Origin: Nostoc sp.
GTDB taxonomy: Bacteria; Cyanobacteriota; Cyanobacteriia; Cyanobacteriales; Nostocaceae
Length of the DNA: 64,000 nucleotides
Direction of reading: 5' to 3'
Assembly: GCA_036918135.1 (NCBI GenBank)
Contig: JBALDB010000067.1
Span: forward strand, 96,001-160,000
The translations under genes were made by a program, and so were the position numbers. This document shows positions 49,642 through 60,416 of the stretch, one piece after another. Every line of letters starts with the position of its first letter. The stretch's first letter is position 1. The notes below the pieces were generated by a model that was not told the origin of the DNA, made no database searches, and saw nothing but the letters and a program-made list of their open reading frames with translations.

Positions 49642-52284
49642 ATGTCTTCAAATCCCCAACACCTAAGCGGTAACGAAATTCGCCAAATATTTCTCGACTT
49701 CTTTGCTCAACGGGATCACCAAGTTCTACCAAGTGCCTCCCTCGTGCCAGAAGACCCAACCGTGCTGCTGACGATCGCGGGGATGCTACCATTTAAGCCG
49801 ATATTCCTGGGACAGCGCATACCAGAATTTAAACGGGCTACGACTTCCCAAAAGTGTATCCGCACCAACGATATCGAAAACGTCGGACGCACCAAACGAC
49901 ATCACACGTTCTTTGAAATGCTGGGTAACTTCAGCTTTGGTGATTATTTTAAAGAACAAGCGATCGCTTGGGGTTGGGAAATTTCCACCAAAGTCTTTGG
50001 CTTTTCTCCCCAAAACCTTGTTGTCAGCGTTTTTGAAGATGATGACGAAGCCTTTGGCATTTGGCGCGATTTAATTGCTGTGCCGATAGCAAGAATTAAG
50101 CGCATGGGTGCAGATGATAATTTTTGGGTATCCGGGCCGACTGGGCCTTGCGGCCCTTGTTCGGAGATTTATTACGACTTCCACCCCGAACGCGGCGACG
50201 AAAATATAGATTTAGAAGACGATACCCGGTTTATCGAGTTCTATAATCTCGTCTTCATGCAATATAACCGGGATGCTGAGGGCAATTTAACACCACTGCA
50301 AAACAAGAACATTGACACCGGCATGGGTTTGGAAAGAATGGCGCAAATTCTCCAAAAAGTGCCGAATAACTACGAAACTGACTTGATTTTTCCAATTATC
50401 CAAACAGCAGCCCAAATTGCTGGTATTAATTACCACAGTAGCGATGAAAAAACCAAAGTTTCCCTAAAAGTCATTGGCGACCACGTTCGGGCTGTCGTTC
50501 ACATGATTGCTGATGAAATTCGCGCCTCTAACGTTGGAAGAGGTTATGTGCTGCGGCGATTAATTCGGCGGGTAGTGCGTCATGGGCGATTAATTGGAAT
50601 TACTGATGAATTTACTACCCAAGTTGCTGAAAGAGCGATCGCTCTTTCAGAATCAGCTTATCCTAATGTGCGGCAACGGGAAGCAGCAATCAAAGCTGAG
50701 TTGCAACGTGAAGAATCTAATTTCCTGAGAACGCTGGATAGAGGCGAAAAACTCCTAGAAGAAATCATCCAAGAGGTGAAACAGCAAGGCAAAACCTCTA
50801 TTAGCGGTGAAAGTGCCTTTACTTTATACGACACTTACGGTTTTCCTCTAGAACTTACTCAAGAAATCGCCGAAGAAAATCATCTGACAGTGGATGAAGC
50901 AGGCTTTGATACGGAAATGCAAAAGCAGGTGGAACGTGCCAAAGCAGCACATGAAAGCATCGATTTAACTGTACAAGGTTCCTTGGACAAATTAGCAGAA
51001 CACATCCACGCCACTGAGTTTTTAGGTTATACCCAACCGACGACCACAGCCAAAGTCGAAGCAATTTTGGTCGAAGGTGTTTCCCAAGAGGAAGCAGAAG
51101 CCGGAACACAAGTACAAATCGTCCTCGACCAAACGCCATTTTATGCTGAATCTGGGGGACAAATCGGCGATCGCGGTTATATCTCCGGTGATGGGATTGT
51201 GATTCGCGTAGAAGATGTGAAGAAAGAGTCTGATTTCTTTGTTCACTTCGGACGCATCGAACGCGGTACACTGCGTGTAGGAGATGCTGTAACAGCGCAA
51301 ATTGACCGCGCATGTCGGCGTCGCGCCCAAGCTAACCATACTGCAACCCACTTACTGCAAGCGGCGTTGAAGAAAATTGTCGATGAGGGCATATCACAAG
51401 CGGGTTCCCTAGTTTCCTTTGATAGATTGCGCTTTGACTTCAACTGTCCGCGTGCATTGACAGCAGAAGAAGTGCAACAAATTGAAGAACAGGTAAATAC
51501 TTGGATTGCTGAGGCGCATACAGCAAAAGTGGAGGTATTACCTTTAGCAGAAGCCAAAGCTAGGGGTGCGGTTGCCATGTTTGGGGAAAAATACGGTGAG
51601 GATGTACGAGTAATTGACTTCTCCAGCGTATCAATGGAATTGTGTGGCGGCACTCATGTCAGTAATACTGCTGAAATTGGCGTGTTTAAGATTATTTCCG
51701 AAGCTGGAATTGCTTCTGGGGTGCGGCGGATTGAAGCAGTTTCGGGGCCAGCGGTGTTAGATTATCTCAACCTGCGGGATAAAGTAGTTAAAGATTTGAG
51801 CGATCGCTTTAAAGTTAAACCCGAAGAATTACCAGATAGAATCACCAGTCTGCAAACCGAACTTAGAACCAGCCAGAAAGAATTGGAAAGCTTGAAGGTA
51901 CAATTAGCGATCGCAAAATCTGACAGCTTACTACAAACAGCCCAAATTGTCGGCGATTCTAAAATAATTGTCGCCCAATTAGAAGACGTTGATGCAGAAT
52001 CATTGAAAACCGCAGCCGAACGCTTGCTGCAAAAAATCGGTAACGGTGCGGTGGTACTGGGTTCTGTTCCCGAAGCTGGAAAAGTTAGCATAGTTGCGGC
52101 TTTTAGTCCAGAAGTTAACAAAAAAGGACTGCAAGCTGGTAAATTTGTCGGTAATATTGCTAAAATCTGCGGCGGCGGTGGCGGCGGAAGACCAAACTTA
52201 GCCCAAGCCGGGGGTAGAGATGCGAGTAAATTACCAGAAGCATTGGCGCAAGCCCAAAGTGAGTTAAAGTCTGCTTTGGGTTAA
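49642..52284 (+). CDS. alaS: Alanine--tRNA ligase
   Basis: [36 protein letters not shown]; editing domain HTATH..ELCGGTH; C-terminal [14 protein letters not shown]. Confidence 0.99.
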   Translation: MSSNPQHLSGNEIRQIFLDFFAQRDHQVLPSASLVPEDPTVLLTIAGMLPFKPIFLGQRIPEFKRATTSQKCIRTNDIENVGRTKRHHTFFEMLGNFSFGDYFKEQAIAWGWEISTKVFGFSPQNLVVSVFEDDDEAFGIWRDLIAVPIARIKRMGADDNFWVSGPTGPCGPCSEIYYDFHPERGDENIDLEDDTRFIEFYNLVFMQYNRDAEGNLTPLQNKNIDTGMGLERMAQILQKVPNNYETDLIFPIIQTAAQIAGINYHSSDEKTKVSLKVIGDHVRAVVHMIADEIRASNVGRGYVLRRLIRRVVRHGRLIGITDEFTTQVAERAIALSESAYPNVRQREAAIKAELQREESNFLRTLDRGEKLLEEIIQEVKQQGKTSISGESAFTLYDTYGFPLELTQEIAEENHLTVDEAGFDTEMQKQVERAKAAHESIDLTVQGSLDKLAEHIHATEFLGYTQPTTTAKVEAILVEGVSQEEAEAGTQVQIVLDQTPFYAESGGQIGDRGYISGDGIVIRVEDVKKESDFFVHFGRIERGTLRVGDAVTAQIDRACRRRAQANHTATHLLQAALKKIVDEGISQAGSLVSFDRLRFDFNCPRALTAEEVQQIEEQVNTWIAEAHTAKVEVLPLAEAKARGAVAMFGEKYGEDVRVIDFSSVSMELCGGTHVSNTAEIGVFKIISEAGIASGVRRIEAVSGPAVLDYLNLRDKVVKDLSDRFKVKPEELPDRITSLQTELRTSQKELESLKVQLAIAKSDSLLQTAQIVGDSKIIVAQLEDVDAESLKTAAERLLQKIGNGAVVLGSVPEAGKVSIVAAFSPEVNKKGLQAGKFVGNIAKICGGGGGGRPNLAQAGGRDASKLPEALAQAQSELKSALG

Positions 52285-52331
52285 TTTCTTGTAGGGCATC
52301 TTACGTGTCTTGAAAATCTTAATACAAATGC

Positions 52332-52364
52332 TAGGGTGGATTATTTTCTGCATAATCTACCCTA
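52332..52364 (+). terminator. Probable alaS terminator hairpin
   Basis: TAGGGTGGATTA / TAATCTACCCTA stem (one G-U pair) followed by CTATTTG. Confidence 0.55.
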
Positions 52365-52445
52365 CTATTTGTATTCAATGATTTAGTACGCATGAACTAA
52401 TTTACGTGTTATCCTTGATCAACTGTATTTCTTGAACTAAGTTTT

Positions 52446-54011
52446 ATGTGGATTTCTGAAATTAACTTGACCAACTTTAGATGCTTTTCAGATATGAGTA
52501 TTGAATTGTCTAAAGGAATTAATTTAATAATAGGTTCAAATAATTCTGGGAAATCAAGTTTGTTGAAATCAATATTATGGCTTCAAAAAGGCTTTGGCTT
52601 GGATTACAAAGATTTACGAATATCCCAAAATAACGGATATGTCCAAGTGTGGATAAAGGAAGTAAATCAAGACTTTTTGAATCGAAATCCTGGACAAGAA
52701 GTTTTATTTAAATTAAATATATTAAGAAATAATACTGCTCTCTATTTAATCACTAATGCAGGAGAGACTTTTTTGACAACTAACGATTTTCAAACAGAGC
52801 AAATTTTTAATGAAGAACCTAGAAATTTTATATATCCATATCTCTCTAAAAGAAAGGTTGCAGGTTTTCACGAATCAATAAATTTGAGTGCGGCAAATTC
52901 AGTTAGAGGTGATTTATATAATTTATATGCAAAAATTGACCGCATATCTAATTCTCAAATGCCAGCAAATGAACAATATGTTCAAGCTTGTCAAGATATA
53001 ATAGGTTTCCAAGTGACGTCAACTCCTTCGCCAAATGGTAAGCAGGCTGCTTATATAGTGAGCAATCAGGAAAATATACCATTAGATGCAATGGGTGAAG
53101 GTGTTGCTAATTTGGTTGGACTAATTGTAGATTTATGCATGGCTGAAAATAAGTTATTTTTAATTGAAGAACCAGAAAATGATGTGCATCCAAAAGCATT
53201 AAAGAAACTTCTGAATTTAATTACTAATAAATCTATAAATAATCAGTTTATAATTACAAGTCACTCTAATATAGTTGCTAAATATTTGGGAGCGTATCCG
53301 AATTCTAAGCTTTTTTCAGTATCAATGGAGTTTCAAAATCGACTACCAACATCGTATATAGAAGAGATAGATAATACTCCAGAAGCTAGACGACAGGTTC
53401 TTGAAGAGCTAGGATATGATTTTTTCGATTTTGATTTATGGTCAGCTTGGCTAATTCTTGAAGAATCTTCAGCAGAAAGAATAATCAGAGATTATCTTAT
53501 ACCTTGGTTTTTTCCTGAGTTAAAAGGTAGGCTACGTACATACTCAGCTAATTCGCTTAGTGAAGTTGAAACTAAGTTTAAAGATTTTGATAAATTATTT
53601 GTTTTCTTACATCTGCAACCAATTTATAAAAATTTAGCTTGGGTAGTTGTAGATGCAGGAGAAGAAGAAGCGAAAATTATTGAAAAATTAAAAAGTAAGT
53701 ATACTTCCAGTGGCTGGAATGAGAGTAATTTTCTTCAGTTTTCTGAGCATGATTTTGAAAAATATTATCCACAAGAGTTTCAAGGAAAAGTAGATATTAT
53801 TCTACAAATGTCTGGAGGCAAACATCGACAGCAAAACAAAAAAGTTCTTCTTGAAGAAGTAATTAATTGGATTTCAAATAATCCTAAAGAAGCAAAAGAT
53901 GCGTTTCAAGATTCTGCTTCAGATGTTATTCAGGTTCTTCAACAGATACAATGTTGCTTGAGTATAAATTCATCGTTGAAGTTCAAATCAAATGTAGAAA
54001 GTTACAGTTAA
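52446..54011 (+). CDS. OLD-family ABC-type ATPase with a TOPRIM-like C-terminal domain (ATP-dependent nuclease)
   Basis: LTNFRCF, Walker A GSNNSGKS, signature AMGEG, Walker B LIEEPENDVHP, ITSHS; C-terminal WLILEESSAE and VVVDAG acidic motifs. Confidence 0.8.
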   Translation: MWISEINLTNFRCFSDMSIELSKGINLIIGSNNSGKSSLLKSILWLQKGFGLDYKDLRISQNNGYVQVWIKEVNQDFLNRNPGQEVLFKLNILRNNTALYLITNAGETFLTTNDFQTEQIFNEEPRNFIYPYLSKRKVAGFHESINLSAANSVRGDLYNLYAKIDRISNSQMPANEQYVQACQDIIGFQVTSTPSPNGKQAAYIVSNQENIPLDAMGEGVANLVGLIVDLCMAENKLFLIEEPENDVHPKALKKLLNLITNKSINNQFIITSHSNIVAKYLGAYPNSKLFSVSMEFQNRLPTSYIEEIDNTPEARRQVLEELGYDFFDFDLWSAWLILEESSAERIIRDYLIPWFFPELKGRLRTYSANSLSEVETKFKDFDKLFVFLHLQPIYKNLAWVVVDAGEEEAKIIEKLKSKYTSSGWNESNFLQFSEHDFEKYYPQEFQGKVDIILQMSGGKHRQQNKKVLLEEVINWISNNPKEAKDAFQDSASDVIQVLQQIQCCLSINSSLKFKSNVESYS

Positions 54012-54063
54012 TGAGATCCAACGATATCCTTTAAAATACTTAAATCAAGTTATAGAGTAAGTA

Positions 54064-54143
54064 ATATCAAGTTCGGATAATCACTTATGATTCAAAACTC
54101 CCTGGGTTAGTCATAATAATAAGTCTTCAACCGAACCTGATAT
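54064..54143. repeat. Small inverted-repeat element between convergent genes
   Basis: ATATCAAGTTCGG (54064-54076) / CCGAACCTGATAT (54131-54143), 1 mismatch. Confidence 0.5.
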
Positions 54144-54164
54144 AAATATGCAACTCCAATGCGT

Positions 54165-54392
54165 TTATAATTTACCCTCAGCAACTTGTTCCATTTTTTT
54201 GCGAAGACTAAGCGGTCTCATATCAGTCCAAACTTCTTTAATGTAATCTAGGCATTCTTGCTTTAAACCACTTTTGCCAGCATCCTTCCAGCCGAGTGCG
54301 TTTTCTCGGTCGGCTGGCCAAATGGAATACTGTTCTTCATGATTGACTACAACTTTGTAAATTGTTGTGTCTTCTTTGTCGTCTTGATACAT
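54165..54392 (-). CDS. mbtH: MbtH-like NRPS accessory protein
   Basis: [33 protein letters not shown]. Confidence 0.96.
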   Translation of the reverse strand: MYQDDKEDTTIYKVVVNHEEQYSIWPADRENALGWKDAGKSGLKQECLDYIKEVWTDMRPLSLRKKMEQVAEGKL

Positions 54393-54647
54393 AATTTGTC
54401 TCCTGATTTTTAATTAACTGTAGTTTGGAAGAATTCTTGAAGAAGAATTAACAACTCAGAATCAATTACTGGTAGGTCTGAATCTGACACTAATTGTTTT
54501 GCACCAAATCTATGAATAAATGAGTATCCTCAACTAACTTATTTATTTATCATTCGCACAAAACTCAATTTATTTTTCTGGTGACTGACGCTCTTACTCT
54601 ATTTTAATAAGCAACTGCTCTACAAGAATTTACATCAGTAAATCTCA

Positions 54648-54971
54648 TTATTCCACAGGTTCAAGGTGTCCCTTACCCTCTAAAGTTGCCAGTTCAATAT
54701 CTGCAATACATCGAACTTTCACGTAATTCAATGTTAAATTCCCAACTAAATGAACTCTTCCTGTTTGATGCTCGAAGTCAGCTTCTTGTAAATTAGATGC
54801 TTCTGGGTCGAGTCTAATACCCAAATCAGTACCTCCACTGGTATTCGTGAATTTAATGTGAACATAACCTTGCTCAATACTTTCTTTGAGTGCTGTAGCT
54901 GTTTTTTCGGCTTTTAAACTTGCTTCAACAGAATGTTCTCCTTCTGACAAACGTTGCACTAATTCATTCAT
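54648..54971 (-). CDS. Small conserved protein next to mbtH, resembling core-binding factor beta
   Basis: 107 aa with an AAGGA RBS; GYVHIKFTNTSGGTDLG and GRVHLVGNLTLNYVKVRCIADIELATLEGKGHL. Confidence 0.8.
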   Translation of the reverse strand: MNELVQRLSEGEHSVEASLKAEKTATALKESIEQGYVHIKFTNTSGGTDLGIRLDPEASNLQEADFEHQTGRVHLVGNLTLNYVKVRCIADIELATLEGKGHLEPVE

Positions 54972-55360
54972 ATTATGTCTGTCCTTTAAGAATAATTTTT
55001 GTTTTGATTTATTGAAGGTTGTACTTTTACTTATTTGAAAACTGGAATTGAAAATGCCAGGGTCTTATTACAAAACTCTTGCTAGTTATGAGTTATATTA
55101 TCAAAAATAATACTTTCATCTTTGTAAATTCCATCTTTAACTATGTAATTTTATTACAAATTAATAAAATTATCATTAGTTAACTTTCTACTAATTTTAA
55201 CTTCTTTCCTTTCAACTGACTTATATTTTCAGCACACTCCATCCACAGATTGAACTCACGTAATTTTTTAAAAGAGTAACCTTTGTAATACTTTACGATT
55301 GTTGGCATAGTAATACCTCAGTTGGCATTCTTTTCGGAAGCGATGTTATCAAGCTGTGTT

Positions 55361-56086
55361 TTAATATTTCAACAAAATTGGCATAATTGGTCGTGCATCA
55401 AGAATTTTTTTTCTTATACCTTCATCAAAGGTCAACTCTAACAGTGGAGATTCCCCTCGTTCGATAGTTACAGCACTATGTGTACAAACTAAAGATATAG
55501 CATCAGTCAAATCTCTGTCGCTATTAATTGTAATTTTTACGTTCGTTAGCTTTTTGACACCCAAAGGATGAGAAATTAACTGCTGATGTGCTGTTAATGA
55601 GGGATCGAGCCAAGCTGTTAGAGCAATACAATCAGGAATTATAAAGCAAAAAGGCTCTTGGTGATTCACAAGATTTTCTGTGGCAAAACTAATTGAAATC
55701 TGGGATGGTATCCACTCAGCTGAGTCTAAAGTTGAATGGGATACCAAGTTGGTTCGATCTGACTTCTTACGTAGACCGATACCGAAGGGTGATATTCCTG
55801 TATCCTGCCCCTGAAGGCGAGTTAGTATGTGAATGCCTGTTTGCACAGACTGCTGTTCTACTAAATGTTTATCTTCTATCCAAATTAACTCCAGATAGGT
55901 ATTCTCAAAAAAAATTATTTTTGAGGCTGTTCCTTGTTTGACATGTTGTACCGAGTCATTGGAACAGTGAAGACCAAGTTGTTCAAGAATTGAAATAGTT
56001 TCAGCGTTTTTTGTCGTACAGACAAAAATGTGATCTACCTCTAGAAAATAATCATCCACCCTTACCTGGGGTGACGTTGTTTGCAT
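55361..56086 (-). CDS. VOC/glyoxalase-like protein
   Basis: EVDHIFVC, HVKQGTASKIIFFENTYLELIW, SPFGIGLR, HPLGVKKLT. Confidence 0.82.
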   Translation of the reverse strand: MQTTSPQVRVDDYFLEVDHIFVCTTKNAETISILEQLGLHCSNDSVQHVKQGTASKIIFFENTYLELIWIEDKHLVEQQSVQTGIHILTRLQGQDTGISPFGIGLRKKSDRTNLVSHSTLDSAEWIPSQISISFATENLVNHQEPFCFIIPDCIALTAWLDPSLTAHQQLISHPLGVKKLTNVKITINSDRDLTDAISLVCTHSAVTIERGESPLLELTFDEGIRKKILDARPIMPILLKY

Positions 56087-57290
56087 AGCAATTAATTCTC
56101 AGCTTTAATTTTTATTGCTGGACTCAAATCTAGACTCTAGCTAGGTAAAGAGATTTCCCTTGCTCAGGAATCTATATGTGGAAACTTAACTCTCTGTCGT
56201 GGAGAGACACCGAAGACCCTACTAACTCAGCAAACAGGTGACGCTTGCAAGCTTGCTATCGCTAATGGAAGTTCTGCAAACGCTCTTTGCTAATCTTTCC
56301 CCATCGCTAGCAATGCAAAGCCCCAGGATGGGGTTACTTCATAGTAGTGGCTTCCCAAGACCGCGCCACTGCTAAGCTATAGCCAAAGACAGTTGAAAAG
56401 TAATTGCAACAGATGAATCTTGAAAAAGCTTATTGACTAATTTTTTCACAATCAAAAATCCCAAATTCCAAATCCTAAATGATGCTAGAGACTACTTTCT
56501 GTAAACTATGTTTGCCTTTGATAAAGCGATTTTATTTCTATTTTAAGAGTAATAGATTACTAGACACTTAAGTCTAACCATACACAATTTTAGTATTATA
56601 AACTACTTTTATTCATTCTCATTGTCAATAAATAAAGTTCGGTAGCTCGAAAAGTTTGACAAGCTAGGGAAAGAATCAAGTTTTGTGCTGATGTTTTTAG
56701 AACTAGTAATCATCAATGGTTGTAATGGTGTAAAGCGTCTGCAATATGCGATCGCTATTGACTCAATCCATAACAAAATTAGTCAAAAGGTAGATTTTAA
56801 GCTGCTCTTAGGAGATTGTATTCCCCATTTTTAGTAAAGGGCTGGTAAGACCTTGAAAAAACTTTTTTGAGCTACTGAATTTATTTAATAATAAAGATTA
56901 TCATTTAGTCAAGAAAATATCAAGCGACTTACTTCAAATCTTCGCCGATAGTTTGTAGTTCTTACAGCAGATTAGTTATTCTTGTCTGAAAACCATATCT
57001 CTAGCATTAGATATGGGGAATGGGGAGCAGTCAAGCAGGAACTCCTAACGCTGACTTAAGTAAACAAGAGCAGGGGGGCACAGATGAAGAAAAAAATTCC
57101 TAACTCCCTCTGCCCTATGTATGCCCCAAGCATCAGGGCGACTGTTCCTTACCCAGAAGTGGCGCTTTCAATTGATTTATTTCTACATTTAGAGGTATGA
57201 CAAAAGCAGTTAAATTTAAACTCTCACAGATAAAAATTAATTGATGATTGATTATAATAAATTTTATGTAGAAGGTAGTCTATATAAATT

Positions 57291-58277
57291 GTGAGTAAGT
57301 TAAAAAAACAGAGCCAAGTAGTCACTGGTTTTGACTATGAAATCTTGGATTCTGAACAACGTATTGTTATTCAACAGCGAACTGGAGAAATTAAAGAGCG
57401 CTTACGGCGGTCAGCACAAGATATTTGGGAAATTGGTCACAAACTAGCCGAGGTGCGTTCTCAACTCAAACATGGACAGTTTGAGACTTGGCTCAAAGCT
57501 GAGTTTGGTTGGAGCCGACGCACAGCTTACAATTTTATTAATGTTTATGAAACATTAGCTGAACGTGCAAATCTTGCACAAATAAATATTGCTACATCTG
57601 CGCTCTATCTTTTGGCAGCACCATCAACTCCACAAAACGTCCGCGAGGAACTTCTTCAACGCGCTCATGAAGGCGAAACCATAACTCATAAGAGTATTCG
57701 TCAAGTAATTGACTCAGAAAAATCAAAGTCTGCTCCTGCTTCGTCTGAGCTACCACAGCCTCTTATTTCTAAGCCAGAGATTGTCAGTGTAATTCCCAAG
57801 CAGGCACTTAAAGCTGAAACACCAGATTTAGAAGTTACTGTAGTAAAGACTACCTCAGTTTCGCCTGTTGTTGTGAATCACGATCGAATTGGATCGGGTT
57901 GGTTTTTACTCCAAAAGCAACATTTTGTGTTCTGTGGGGATACAGCTTCACCACAATTCATCGAACGCATACCCTTTGCTGCTCTTGCTATTGCCATTAC
58001 CTCTGATGACTGGGATCACGATTGGTTAGTTGAACGAGCCAAGAGTGTGATTATCTTTGGGGAATCTGATTTAAAAGACCAACTCATTGAACAGCTAATC
58101 AAGATGTTTTCGGTATCTGGGGATATAGTAATTTTCCCCTGGCTACCAAATGGGGATGCGATCGAAATAGCTCATCAATTAAATAGGCGAGTATTTGCAG
58201 GAGATCCGAGTATTGAGCGTTGTCGTCGAGCGATCGCCCAATCTGGATTAAAATCTGAACCATTAGATTACTCTTAG
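57291..58277 (+). CDS. DUF3102 domain protein, copy 1, with a methyltransferase-like C-terminus
   Basis: IWEIGHKLAEVRSQLKHGQFETWLKAEFGWSRRTAYNFINVY, SALYLLAAPSTP; GTG start. Confidence 0.85.
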   Translation: MSKLKKQSQVVTGFDYEILDSEQRIVIQQRTGEIKERLRRSAQDIWEIGHKLAEVRSQLKHGQFETWLKAEFGWSRRTAYNFINVYETLAERANLAQINIATSALYLLAAPSTPQNVREELLQRAHEGETITHKSIRQVIDSEKSKSAPASSELPQPLISKPEIVSVIPKQALKAETPDLEVTVVKTTSVSPVVVNHDRIGSGWFLLQKQHFVFCGDTASPQFIERIPFAALAIAITSDDWDHDWLVERAKSVIIFGESDLKDQLIEQLIKMFSVSGDIVIFPWLPNGDAIEIAHQLNRRVFAGDPSIERCRRAIAQSGLKSEPLDYS

Positions 58278-58839
58278 ATGATTGAATGTTCCGATCCCAA
58301 TCCCCGAAACAATTTTTCTTCTAAAGTAGTTAAATAAGGTCGGTTGAGTATTTCCTAAAGAATCCAAACACTTTTGAATCGATTCTACCAACGCACTGAA
58401 ATATATCTTAACTAATGCGCTCGCTGATTTGTTGTATTTGCTAATATTCCGAAGGTGAGTAATCGTAAGACTTGAGACGAATCGAATCATGTACTCTCCA
58501 TTCTAAAGCCTTATGGTGCTAAGCGAAATTATTGATTTGGCTGACTAACTCATCCTTGCCCTTGAGTTCGAGATTGTTCTGAGCAATAATTTGGCAAAGT
58601 CTGCTAGCATTGGCAAAAATATTTGGGAAAAATCCGAAAAGCATCAACCTCAGTTTGTAGATTAATTTTAAAACAATACTTATCACCCCATTTTGGTATC
58701 ATTTGTAGAAATTTTTCGCGCATTCCCCGGAACTTCGTTATGATTGAAATATTTTTTAGCGATCGCCTTACTGGATGCTATGCACAATCAAGACAATAAT
58801 TGGCTATGAGAAATTTTTTGTAAATAATCTATATAAATT

Positions 58840-59832
58840 GTGAGCAAGTTAAAAAAACAGAGCCAAGTAGTCACTGGTTTTGACTATGAAATCTTGGATT
58901 CTGAACAACGTATTGTTATTCAACAGCGAACTGGAGAAATTAAAGAGCGCTTACGGCGCTCAGCACAGGATATTTGGGAAATTGGTCACAAACTAGCCGA
59001 AGTACGTTCTCAACTCAAACATGGACAGTTTGAGACTTGGCTCAAAGCTGAGTTTGGTTGGAGCCGACGTACAGCTTACAATTTTATTAATGTTTATGAA
59101 GCATTGGCTGAACCTGCAAGTCTTGCACAAATAAATATTGCTACATCTGCGCTCTATCTTTTGGCAGCACCATCAACTCCACAAAACGTCCGCGAGGAAA
59201 TTCTCCAACGCGCTCATGAAGGTAAAACCATAACTTATGAGACTATTCGTCAAGAAATTGAGTCAGAAAAGTCGAAGTCTATCTCTACTCTTGCTTTACC
59301 TGAGCTACCACAGCCTCTTATTTCTAAGCCAGAGATTGTAAACGGGCTTACGAAGCAGGCGCTTAAAGTTGAAACACCAGCTTTAGAAGTTACTCTAGCA
59401 AAGCCATCTTTGGTATCACCTGTTATTGTGAATCCCCATCGAATTGGGTCGGGTTGGTTTTTACTCCAAAAGCAACATTTTGTATTTTGTGGGGATACAG
59501 CTTCACCACAATTCATCGAACGCATACCCTTTGCTGCTCTTGCTATTGCCATTACCTCTGATGACTGGGATCACGATTGGTTAGTTGAACGAGCCAAGAG
59601 TGTGATTATCTTTGGGGAATCTGATTTAAAAGACCAACTGATCGAACAGCTAATCAAGATGTTTTCGGTATCTGGGGATATAGTGATTTTCCCCTGGCTA
59701 CCAAATGGGGATGCGATCGGAATAGCTCATCAATTAAATAGGCGAGTATTTGCAGGAGATCCGAGTATTGAGCGTTGTCGTCGAGCGATCGCCCAATCTG
59801 GATTAAAATCTGAGCCATTAGATTACTCTTAA
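58840..59832 (+). CDS. DUF3102 domain protein, copy 2 (tandem paralogue)
   Basis: N-terminal ~87 aa identical to copy 1 and C-terminal ~130 aa nearly identical; central region diverged. Confidence 0.85.
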   Translation: MSKLKKQSQVVTGFDYEILDSEQRIVIQQRTGEIKERLRRSAQDIWEIGHKLAEVRSQLKHGQFETWLKAEFGWSRRTAYNFINVYEALAEPASLAQINIATSALYLLAAPSTPQNVREEILQRAHEGKTITYETIRQEIESEKSKSISTLALPELPQPLISKPEIVNGLTKQALKVETPALEVTLAKPSLVSPVIVNPHRIGSGWFLLQKQHFVFCGDTASPQFIERIPFAALAIAITSDDWDHDWLVERAKSVIIFGESDLKDQLIEQLIKMFSVSGDIVIFPWLPNGDAIGIAHQLNRRVFAGDPSIERCRRAIAQSGLKSEPLDYS

Positions 59833-60416
59833 ACTACAGAATTTCTATCTTCAGCCAAATCAGGTCGTTGAAAGTACTCGATTTCCAGTCGTTGATACCT
59901 CTCCAAAGTAATAAATTATTTTATTAGATAGTCTAAAATCACACATCTTTCAGATATCGATAATTATTAGCTATTAATACAGGATTGCCAAACGCCACAA
60001 TCCCTTGTAATGTAAGAAAGTCTAAATGAAAATAACTAGCAATATCAAAGCTTGCATGGCTGACTTACTAATTTTGTCCTATCTTCCCTAAAGCAACATT
60101 GAGGTTTGTTGTTCGAGTTTTTCCAATTGAATTAAATACAGTAGATTTCAAAGTGAAGTACGCAAGCTGAGTCTGGTAGCCAGGAATAAAGCGTATTTTA
60201 CTTGTAAATTTTAAATTCTGACTCTTGAATTCTGCTGTAATTCTGTAAAGGCAGCACTTTGAGCAATCAAAAGGTATATGTGTTTAAGGTTTGCTGTATT
60301 TAAGTCGGTCTTTAAACTAAGATTCTCACAACAACTGACTTAAACACTTGTTTAGCAAGAGTGAGTATGACGTTAATACCAGTATTTACCTGCATCCGAT
60401 CGCCTGAGGCATAATA

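Noticed and set aside
52446..54011. Gabija or PARIS system call
   Set aside because: No adjacent GajB helicase or AriB-type partner; kept as a solo OLD-like gene.
58263..58490. 75-aa minus-strand ORF between the DUF3102 copies
   Set aside because: No motif or homology that I can recognise, and it overlaps the end of copy 1; cannot be supported.
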